From NCBI GenBank assembly GCA_964188305.1, contig OZ076890.1: a stretch of 64,000 bases of DNA. One strand, given 5' to 3'. The notes under the pieces were generated by a model, which made no database searches, was not told the DNA's origin, and saw nothing but the letters and a program-made list of their open reading frames with translations. The position numbers and the translations under genes were made by a program. Origin of the DNA: Podarcis bocagei (lineage: Eukaryota). Positions 10,676 through 21,227 of this stretch are shown in pieces (the first letter of the stretch is position 1; every line of letters begins with the position of its first letter).

Positions 10676-11737
10676 TTAAAAACCGACGCCTTTGTTTCCT
10701 AGGAGCCCCTCCTCTTCAACCGCCCCTTCTCCCACTGCGGCTTCTTCATCTTCTTCTCCTAAGTTTGACCCCCTCTCTCCTTGGTCTTTCACGCTCCCCT
10801 CCCTCTCTTCTTCCCTTTCTCGCCCATTCCCTTTCACCTCTTCATTACTTCGTACTCTATATTCTGTCCTTCCTAACTCTTTTTCATACCTTCTCAGGAA
10901 CTTCTCTGTTTCTTGTATATCCGTTAATTTAAATTTCTTGTCTTTGTAGAAGAAAGTAATCCCCTCCGGGAACTCCCATCTAAATTGTATTCCGTTTCTC
11001 TTTAAAACAGCCACCACTTGTCTATAGCCCTCTCTTTTTCTTAATAATCTAATTGGAATCTCTTTGTAGATGATAATGGGCCTCCCTTCAATTCTAAGTT
11101 TGTTACGGTAGCTCGTCCTTAGAATTAAATTCCTCATTTCTAAGGAATTGAATATCACCAGGCAGTCTCCCAAGAATTTGTTGGTTTTTAAATGCTGTGG
11201 TCTCGAGATTCTAAATGCACTATCAATCGTTAAAGCTATCTCTACCTCTTCCAAACCCAGCCATTTAGAGAACTCTTTAATCATTTTCTTTCTAACATCC
11301 TCATTTCTTTCTTCAACCACACCTCTAAATTTTAAGTGGAGCTGCTTTTGTCGCATGTCGGCCATAGCAAGGTTATCCCAAATCTTCTCCTGTGCTTTAT
11401 TTAGTTCACCCAACTCCTCTCTCATCCTCCCTGTTTCCCTTTTCTGTTCCCTCAGTTCCTTCTGTAGCTTCTTATTGGACTCCTCAATCATCTTAGATTT
11501 AACTGACAGGTCTTGAATTTTGGATGAGAGCTCTCCTACTGCTTCCTCTATTTTTTTGTCAATCAGGTCTTGCATATCTCCTAGCTTATTTTCCATATAT
11601 GTTTCGTTTTGTTTAAATTCCTCCTTTATTTTAATCCATAAGCTATCTAAGTCTTTAATCTCCTCCTGACGCGATGCCTTTCTTTCCCCTGGGGTCCCGC
11701 CCACTTTCTTTAAGTCCTTCCCCTCCTTCCCCATCAT
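10676..11737 (-). CDS. L1 ORF1p (coiled coil, RRM and CTD) with a Glu/Gly-rich C-terminal tail
   Basis: Uninterrupted ORF; first ATG at 11737 (the track starts at a GTG, 11764). Heptad-rich N-terminal half, followed by LKFRGVVE...IDSAFRI...LVIF...IIIYKEI...FRWEFP, typical of L1 ORF1p. Confidence 0.9.
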   Translation of the reverse strand: MMGKEGKDLKKVGGTPGERKASRQEEIKDLDSLWIKIKEEFKQNETYMENKLGDMQDLIDKKIEEAVGELSSKIQDLSVKSKMIEESNKKLQKELREQKRETGRMREELGELNKAQEKIWDNLAMADMRQKQLHLKFRGVVEERNEDVRKKMIKEFSKWLGLEEVEIALTIDSAFRISRPQHLKTNKFLGDCLVIFNSLEMRNLILRTSYRNKLRIEGRPIIIYKEIPIRLLRKREGYRQVVAVLKRNGIQFRWEFPEGITFFYKDKKFKLTDIQETEKFLRRYEKELGRTEYRVRSNEEVKGNGREREEEREGSVKDQGERGSNLGEEDEEAAVGEGAVEEEGLLGNKGVGF

Positions 11738-12934
11738 TACTTGTAGCACTCCTCCTTTCTTCACTGTTCTTCACTGTTTTCCCTATACTCCTATCCTTTC
11801 CTCTTTCCCCTCAAAGAACGCCCACCGGGGATAACGTATAATATATCTGGTCTAACTATACCGTGTACCCCTACATATAAGCACATAAACACATAAACAC
11901 ATATAAACACGTATAAACCCCGGGTATAAGAGAAAAGAAGAAAACCGTAAGGAGGGTATCAGTCCAAAAGTATCAATTAGTCCTTTCCAGGTCTTGACCT
12001 TCTCTTTTACTTCTCTCCGTCCTCTCCCAGGCCTTTACCAACCCTCACCTGCGTCACGCCCAACACCCAGTAGGAGGCTGGGGGGGAGGGAGAGGGTGGG
12101 GAATAGAGGGAGGGGTGGGGTGGCTCTTAAGCACGTAGTTGTCCCGCACCACTTCTTACTCAAAACATTCAAAGTTTAGTCCTGATTAGTTCTAGTTAGT
12201 TTACCTCCGGCGTTTCAGGAACTTCAAGCACTTTAAACTCAGACCCAGTCCTGAAAAGGGCTCTGTTCAGTTAGTTAAGCACAGTACCTTCCACCACCAA
12301 GAGCCAGCTTCTTACAATAACCTGCAGTAGCGCCCTGATCGGCTGTTGGCGTCGCTGCATGGGTTGTCTTTAATATATCTCGGGTCTTTAATATATCTCG
12401 GGTCGCCAATCTGATACCAGACCCTTGCCGCACCTCCCTTGTCGTGTTCTTGCCAACTTATCTTAATATATATCCACAGGGAAGTGAGTAGCGTTGAAAA
12501 AAGTCAGAAAGATTCTGCAACGTAACCAAAATAGGGCCTCTCCGGAGGGCTTAAAAGGCGTTAATCAATCTATGTCCCAGACTTGGCGTTATGCTTGTTT
12601 GATAGAGTTCAATAGAGTTTAATAAAGTGAATAAAACAATCGTTTTGGTCCGTATTTATTATCAATTCGGGTCTAACTCACTCAGTCAGACTGTTTACTA
12701 ACCTCCTCACTCCTGCGACTCTCTTTCTGCGCCATCTTGCCTCCGCTGCTGAGGAAAATCCCGAAAGGCAAACAAAAAGTAAAAAAGTACCTAGACGTCT
12801 CCTGGCTTCTCATCAGCTGCTCGCTTAATTAGTAAGCACTTTGGTCAGAGAAAAAAAACCTTTTCATATGCCAAAGACTCCGTTCTTATCTCCGAGGGGT
12901 TCCAGCGCTATCCGCAGTTGAAGCAGTGTCATTC

Positions 12935-13060
12935 AAGGGTGTCTGGAGTTGCGTGAACACCTTGTCCCCAAAAGGTACATTGGTAATTGGCAGGAAGCTG
13001 GCACAATTGTCTGGGTCCAGCATAGATTTTTTAATGTTGACAGAAAACTGCCTTATTTAA
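12935..13060 (-). mobile_element. Continuation of the same L2-like fossil, right of the L1
   Basis: Removing the L1 and one TSD copy restores the reading QLQTPLNDTDYLNPF across the junction. Confidence 0.7.
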
Positions 13061-14926
13061 TGTAGCAAAGACAACTATCTCACAGAGAGATGTTCATTTC
13101 ATTATCTTTGGATTATTTCTGAATATTTAGGTGTTTGAAACTTATGGTCAGAATGTCACATTGGAGCACAGGGCTCCAAAGTATATTCCATTGTTAAAAA
13201 ATGATTTTAATAATATAATTTTATTTGCAATTAGGATGCTTTATTTAAATGCAGAATTATACTTCCCTTAGTAACTTCCCAAACCCCCTTGATGAGGACT
13301 TCCACATTCCAACAAAGTGAGAAACAGTGTGATCCTGTGCATGTCAACTCAGAAGTAACTTCACCAAGTTCAGTAGAACTTACTCCCAGGTAAGCATACA
13401 ATCACAGCCTAAATTTATTTCCTATGGATTAAGAATTCGACATTTTTGTGCTGCTTCCACCAAATTAAGGCATTTACATGCTTTCACTTTCTTCCATGTA
13501 ACATTCCTACATGGAAAACAATAGTTCTTCACAACAAACAGCTTACAAATATGAACAATACACATGTAAACTCACTAAAAATTGACTTTATGACATCTGT
13601 ACTAGGATCCAACCATATCCTTACTGGTTCTGCTAGAAATTAGAGCAAGATACTAATTCTCACCTTCCATGTTCTTTTCTGGACATGTTGGAGGCACATG
13701 GATACTTAGCCCTTGCGCAAATATTTGAGCACCCTACATCTATGCACAACCTGCTACCTCCTGCTGACTGCATTCATTTTTTCTTTCCTCAAGGACCTGT
13801 GCCACACAGAGCACATCCTTGCTAGCTAGACAATTGCAATAAGCTGCCTGGTGAGAGATCATAGAATTGTAGAGATAATGCAGCTCCATACAGCTAGCAG
13901 GTTGATATCCCCTGCAGACAAACTACGAGAGAGACAAATGACCTACCCACCTATCCTTGAATTGCTTGAGGATTTTGTTTGGTCTTCATTTTTAAGCAAA
14001 CTGACTAGATTTGCACTTACCAGACTAATACGTGGATCAGAACGCAGTTATCCTTCTGTATTCATACTTCTCCCATTTTGCAATACAGCTCAAAAAATGT
14101 ACCAAAATGCACACAAAAATGTGTATTTTAGGATAAAATGCGTTCAAAATGTGTCTTTTATAAAAATAATAATACATTAATGTGATTATTTTTGCTTTTA
14201 AAAAATTGCAGATAGTTGCAGAAACAGATTTATGATCATATGTGAACCAACACATACCAGAAACGTGTTGATCCATCCCTAATCTATAGATAGCAAGAAG
14301 TTTCCCAAACCTATGAAGCTATGTAACTCCTGAGCCACCCAAGAGCTAGGTTCATAAACTAAAAACACACACAAATCTATTGGCCTAACACCTATAAAAT
14401 CCTGAAGATCTATCTAGCTAGCTGACTTAACATGTTACATACAAAACATGAATATGTAAGCCATACCTTTACTTCAACACATTAAGTAAAAGATGACCTT
14501 AGAATAACAAACTAGAAAATCTTTTTTGCAAGGTGTCTCATAGTCTGCTACATTTTTTTCCGAGTCAGCAGCTGCAGCAATCTAACTGGTAGCTAAAGAC
14601 CCTTGATGCTATAGCCTACATTCTGAGAAAGAGCAGCCAATCTAAAACACACTTAGGAAACATGGCCACAGTTGAAACCTTGAGACTTTTAAACCTCTGC
14701 AGGATCAGGATCTCAGCATCTTTGTCAATTGTTTAGCAATAAATCCACTTGAGTGATCCTGCCACTGTTTTTTGTTTTGTTTTGTTTTTTGCACTGTATT
14801 CTCACCCAGCTGCTACTGCTGGCCCTTAAATAATCATTGTCAAATCACTGAATTTCCATTGAAGAACTGTCAACTCACTGAGTCTTCTAAGAACATATAC
14901 CTGCTGCTTCAAGTTAAAGGACAAGT

Positions 14927-15181
14927 AAGGTAAAAGGTAATGGACCCCTGGACGGTTAAGTCCAGTCAAAGGTGACTATGGGGTGTGGCGCTCATCTCGC
15001 TTTTCAGGCCAAGGGAGCCAGCAGACAGCCTTCTGGGTCATGTTGCCAGCATGACTAAACCACTTGTGGCGCAACGGGACACCATGGAGAGTGCAGAGCT
15101 CACATGGATTCGAACCACTGACCTTCCGATCAGCAAGCCCAAGAGGCTCAGTGGTTTAGACCACAGCACTACCCACGTCCC
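14927..15181 (-). mobile_element. Sauria SINE, internally deleted
   Basis: Same head and tail as the 5524-5862 copy. Perfect 12-bp TSD TAAAGGACAAGT at 14915-14926 and 15182-15193. Confidence 0.9.
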
Positions 15182-15822
15182 TAAAGGACAAGTGAGGGGT
15201 AGTGGGAGTTATGACAAAAGGAGTATGTATGGGAAGGAAACCCATCCTTTTCCTCGAATAGCTCCAATACTAGAAGTACAGCACAGAGAAAACCTCTTAA
15301 AGGAACGCAGAGAGATAAGGATGAGGAAGGGACGTTTTCCTCCACACCCTGCATGCTCCTTGTCATGGAAAACCTCCCTGCCTGTTTTATAACTAAACCA
15401 GTAAGTTCATGTGCAACGACACACACACACATACACCTACCAGGCGCTCAGATTAGTAGCTTTGCAAATTCAACCAGAAAGCAAAACAAGAAACCCAGTC
15501 CAGAATTTCAAGCAACATTACCCTTTGCCGCCTGGGGTTTAGGTCTTCCTTAGGAGATCCCACTCCAAGAAGGAGAGCCACATTCCAAACATCTCAAAGT
15601 TTGCTAAACAAATATTACAGCTAACTTAAATGGTCAGTTTACTGCTCCCTACCTCAACACATATGTTTTTTTTAATTCCCCCCAGTGCAAATTGAGCCAT
15701 CCTGGGAGTGGCTTGCAGATAATAATAGTGTTTGATCCTCTAGACTGCTACTACTCAAACCATTTCTAGCCACAAAAGCTTAATTATTGGTGGCTGGAAA
15801 AACATCTGTTCTGTTTGAATTA

Positions 15823-16066
15823 CATACCTCGTGTTGCGTTCCACTCTTGTTATGGACTTTCAGCTTACGAACGCAATAAACCTGGAAGTGTTTGCTTCCG
15901 GGTTCTCCGCCCGCACATGTGCAGAAGCGAACCGCGTGCTTCAAGCATGGGCAGAAATGCTCGATCGCACCGTGCACATGCGCAGAAGAGGCGCTCTAGT
16001 TGCAGACTTTTCGGGATGCAAACGGCACCCCGAAATGGATTAAGGACACAACTAGAGGTACCACTG
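15823..16066. mobile_element. Tc1/mariner-type MITE (CAGTGGTACCTC TIR family), left TIR degenerate
   Basis: Ends in GAGGTACCACTG followed by TA. The left end TA-CATACCTC looks like a deleted TIR. Confidence 0.65.
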
Positions 16067-17440
16067 TATTAAGCACTTTTAAAAGAAAATTTGCAAATAA
16101 AACTCTAGCCAGTATTTTCCAAATACATGGCCTGCTACTAGACAATGTGTGATACTTAATGAATTAAAACCAAAGGGATAATTCATCTTCATGTGTAGCC
16201 ACCATCAGAGGGGCGACGAATGATGTGTTTCTCCTTTCCCTCTTGGAGACCATGTACTGGCCATTACTCAGAACAAAAGGCCAGCATGGTTCTAGTGTAT
16301 CCAGACCTTCTGCACTATTCCAATGTAATGGCTGGTGCATATATGACAAAGAGGAGGAAGGAAAGAAGAGACATTTCCCAGGCCTTATAAGAAACTCTCC
16401 ACATGTGACAAAAGAAATCATGCCCCACGTCATTTGTGTACCTTTGTCTTACCCATACATCAAATAGATTGCTGATACTTTGAAGATCAGACAATCCAGA
16501 TATTAAGAGAGAACATAAAACAGACTCACCTAAAGCCACATATTTATTTACATTCAGTTTGAACTGAGATGCCAATTATCAAATACACATTAAAGATAAA
16601 ATACTCATTTGATCTCGTCAATGGAATTTCATATAAGTGAATTGTTCTTGTTTTAATCAAGTATGTATCTTAAATTATCCCATTTTCCTGGAAATTCAAA
16701 GACAACATGTCCAACTTCAAAAAAGATTTACAAATAAATATGTCCTATGGACATTTAAATGGTTTGCTCTGCTATTCATCATGGTATTAAAAAAGGAGGC
16801 AGTGGCTATTTTATGTAATGAATTTGTGCTTGTACATTCAGATTGCACATGACTATTTAACAAGATACTTTAGCCCCTTCTGTGAAATTATATTTAGCTT
16901 TCATGCAACCCTGAATCATCCCTGAGGTGATGGAATGAAATCAATCTTACTTGCTCTCTCCCATTTCTATGTGTTTTGAAGAAGGATCACATAAAACTTC
17001 AGAATGTTTTGTTTGTTGCCAAATGGCCACAAAGCATTTTTCACAACTCTATACCTATACCCCACCCCTAAGAGGTGCCCCCTCCCCCACCTGTGCCCCC
17101 CCCCAGCACCTCCAGGTCTTTGGGTCGGCTCTTCCAAGACGCCCTTGTTCACAGAGCAAAGTAATTTATTATTTCATAACTGTAGTCTACAACTTAAAGT
17201 TTCATCACTGTGAACAAACCTAATATTGCAACTAGATATGCTGAAGAATGAAGTTTTAATATTATTTTCACAATTTGGAATGAGATGAAAGATGCTACAT
17301 CAATATAGCTAGATACAACACTTGGCCAGGAACCTTTTTTACATTTGTAAATTTCAGTGGATTAAGTGTTAGCATGTTAAGATCAGCACTACATCTCATC
17401 ATCCTTTTTACTTGTATATGGTCATATCATATGGAAGTAC

Positions 17441-17549
17441 CTTGTAAGAGATGAGGATGAAGAGGCTGGTGAGCTGTTAGAACCGCTGTCATTTCATCAT
17501 GGTCTGATGGATGTATATACTCATAAATGCTATTACCGGTGAGTTCCAC
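17441..17549 (-). CDS. SIM2: SIM2 coding exon 4 (PAS-A), 109 nt
   Basis: Acceptor TTGACAG|, donor AAG|GTAC. Translates [36 protein letters not shown](E). Confidence 0.97.
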
Positions 17550-20500
17550 CTGTCAAGAATATATTGAAAACATTCAGAACTATAGCAGATTTTTTTTTCC
17601 CATTTAGTATTATTTTTCAGAGGTCTCTTGTATGTAATATATACAAATACCCCACTGCATTTCTAACACTCCTATCGTTTTCCTGGACCAAAAGCAGCTA
17701 TCAACCAATAGCCATGATCTACAAGTTGTTTTGTCTTATCATGAGCAAAAAAGGTTCAATTGCAGCATACATGACTTGAAGACTGTGATCTATGTAAATA
17801 CTAATTACACCAAAAAAGTATTCAGTATGACCCTATTTTGAGCTCTAGATTCAAACAGTTGTTGCTGGAGGAGATAACAATGAAATAGAATGTTTAGTTC
17901 CCGTGATTTTTCACAATGAAAAAAACCTCTAAGTGGCATAACCCCCTTTTAAAAAATGTGTGATCAAAGCTTGGATGGAGGGTGGTAGGGGAGAAATGAA
18001 TAGCCCCACTCATTTCTCAAAGGCTAATCAGAGTTTGGTCTTTTCCTAAAGGACTATGCTCACACAGCCCTGGCAGTGTGGCTGTTACATTGAGCTTGGG
18101 AACAGTGTATACATCATCCATTTGCACTCCTGATTCCTCAAACAATTGACATAGCTAGCTTTTCTATAAAGGTGAATTCACACCTTATGCAATTTTTACC
18201 ATTTCAGTTAGCATTTAGTAGGTTAAAACTGCAAAACAGTCCTTTTTATCATGGTCTGGATAAGCTATTAAGAGTCACAGGTTCAACCGTTTCTTCCTGC
18301 TCTCCTCTTCCACCAATTAGTAAACTCCATGAGACTAGAATTCTGATTGAGTTCCAACCAGAACTAGGACATTTAGGGTTGGAATGAAAAGCAGCTTTAA
18401 CAAGTTTGTGAATTAGACTTCACAGTTCTCAGTAGTTAACTAGTTAACAACAGGTCTAAATTTAAATATGTGGTTGAACTCATGTGTTTTCTACAAGCAT
18501 GTGCCCTGCTTTACTGAATTAAGGCATAGATTCATTTAGAGATTGGAATCTCAACCAATTTAAAGTTTTAAAAGCTGTCCCTCAGTACATTTTATAAGCC
18601 AGAGAATGCAGTCTTTCATCTTGCTAACAGCTATGTGAATGCTTATTAATGTTTACCAAATGTATACACAATAGCTATGTGAAAAATTCAATCTTGTCCT
18701 GTGGGCCTTCATTCCAGTTTTGAGGAAACAAGTGGTATATAAGCAGGGGCAGATCCACCCACATGGAAACTAGTAGTAGTATCAGTTTGTATCTCTGTGT
18801 CCTTTCCAAGAAGGAAGAATTATCCTGAATCAGACCTAACATAACACAGCTCTGTTTCTAGCTTTGTTGGGAGAGAGACTGTAAATGCAAAGAGGCAGTG
18901 TTTTACCCAAAGCCATTCTTCCAAAATATATTTTCCTACTTATTGTTCTCAAAAGGAAAAAAGGGTAAAGAAAGAAGGTAGAGTATTGCAGACAGGAGAG
19001 TGAAGGAGGCAACACAGTTTGCACAATGAACATTTTTAGGGAGTGAAGGATAGAAACTGGAAAGGGGAAAAGGTGGTTTGAAAAGGCAGAATAGGCAGCT
19101 ATAGTAGAAATTAGAGACAGAAAGAACTTGGGGAAGGGTCATACCTTAGTCATACATAGTCATACCTTAGTCTCTTAACAAGGCATCACATGTATAGAAT
19201 TACCTCTTTACCTATACAGTATTGGCGCACAGAAAAAGTGAGGGGAATCCTCTCCCCAGAATACCAAAACGGTCAAAAGTTTTTAAAGAGTGCTCCTATA
19301 CCTCACATACCTCCTTGCCATGCCTGCATTTAGGGATCTGCTACTACTAACACAACTAGCTGCTTTCTTTTACTCTATTTTTTCCACCAAAGAACTCCCT
19401 CATTCTAGTGGTGTCTGCTTTCATCTGAGAGTCTCAGAGAAAAGCAGATGTCACCAAAGCAGAGCACTTTTGAAAAGAAATGAGAAGTTACTTTTAAAAA
19501 TAGCTAGAAAATTGGTTTTTACTGTGTAGGCAACTCGAGAATAAGGTGTCATATCAGGGACAAGTCTAGTACAGAGGTCTTTTCTAATCACAGAAAAGAA
19601 AATTATTTCAAAAGGTCCAACAATGACAAAAATGGTCCTGCAAAAAACCTTAGTGCCCAATTGTTCATTGCCTCTGAGGAAACAGCAAGCAGGTTGCTTC
19701 TGCTGCCTTGCCCTTCCCCTCTTAGTGGTGCCTAGGCAATACGATTCCAGACTCTACCTCAGGTCCCTTGCCCTATCAGTGAGTTCATAAATAGTTACAT
19801 ACCATTCTTAAATCTTTTTTTAAGATAAATAACAATCTGTCTCTAATTAATAAAAGTCAAAGCAAATATGTGGATCTTCGCTCAAGGCTACAAGGAGAAG
19901 CCTACAAAATGAAGCTGGCAAGCGAATATTGACCCACCATGCACTTTAAGGCCCACATGGGAGCATTCTGTAAGAGCCACTCCACACATGAAAATAAACA
20001 CCCTCTTTACTGTTTACTGAATCAGCAGTACTTCACACAGGTTTCAGGGGGGGAAAACATTTCCATGATAGTGGGAACATCCAGTGTTGATAAATGGCAC
20101 AATCCTCTACATCAGAAGGAAATCGCACTGAGTTTAAGTGGTATATGATTGCAACCTAAGGTTGCTAAATAATAACTTTTCAAACCATTAAACATGGGCT
20201 AATTACAAGTTTGGGGCACAAATATTTCAAAATGCTGTATCACATCCCAATTCAGCTTGCTAACAGAAATAGAATTCCTTTATTCTAAACACATGTACTT
20301 GAAAGTAAATCCCATTGTTTTCAGTTGAGCATACATTTAAGAAATTGTTAGTTACCTTTAAAATGAACAAATGTAACAGTGCCCTAAAACCCCAAACACT
20401 AACGTTTGAGCAGAACAGTAGTAAACCTGGTTTTATGAGTTCTACCATAAACATATAAAACGCTTTACTGAAAAGGCCACAAGGCTGGCAAAACTCAAGA

Positions 20501-21056
20501 AAAATTGCCTGAATTCCATGTGAACACTCATAAATCTGCTCCCTTTTTATTTTTTCCTAAAGCACATTTACTATAAAACTCAGGTTTCCTCTGTTTTCAC
20601 AGCAGCCAACACTACAAGTGGAGAGACTGCTGTTGCACTCAGTTCCTGCTTATGGACTTCCTATAGGCATCTGGTTGGCCACTGTGAGATGGATGGGCCT
20701 TTGGTCAGATCCAGCAGTTCTTATATTCTTACTGCATACAATTCAAAACACAGACTGGAAATTTCCACTTTTTCCCCAGAGATCTATACCACTGCTCTGG
20801 CCAATGGCCATTTGCAACAACACCCAGCTAGGAATAGGCAGCACTTGCTATAATTGTATGATAAGTGGACTATGCTGTATCCAGCTTCCAGGGGGCTTTA
20901 GTAGCACAAGGGAGAGTAGAGTTAGCAAAGCACTTTTGTGGACTGCATTCTTAGTTTCAAAATGCATATAAGTAACAAGCAAAATGCAAAGTTTTTCCTT
21001 TACAGTGATAAGCTGTGTGAATTATTTAACTTTTAAAAAAAACAAAACTAAAATCA

Positions 21057-21227
<171 letters not shown>

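Larger units (their letters stand above)
6609..12923 (-). mobile_element. Full-length L1 (LINE-1 clade) retrotransposon, ~6.3 kb, in SIM2 intron 4
   Basis: Perfect 11-bp TSD CAGTGTCATTC at 6598-6608 and 12924-12934. T18 run at 6609-6626 is the poly(A) tail, preceded by AATAAA (minus, 6633-6638). ~1.19-kb 5' UTR, ORF1, short spacer, ORF2 and ~250-nt 3' UTR. Confidence 0.97.

Noticed and set aside
8323-11516. Plus-strand ORFs antisense to L1 ORF1/ORF2 (possible ORF0-like genes)
   Set aside because: These are Ser/Leu/Phe-rich shadows of the A-rich coding strand and have no independent support.
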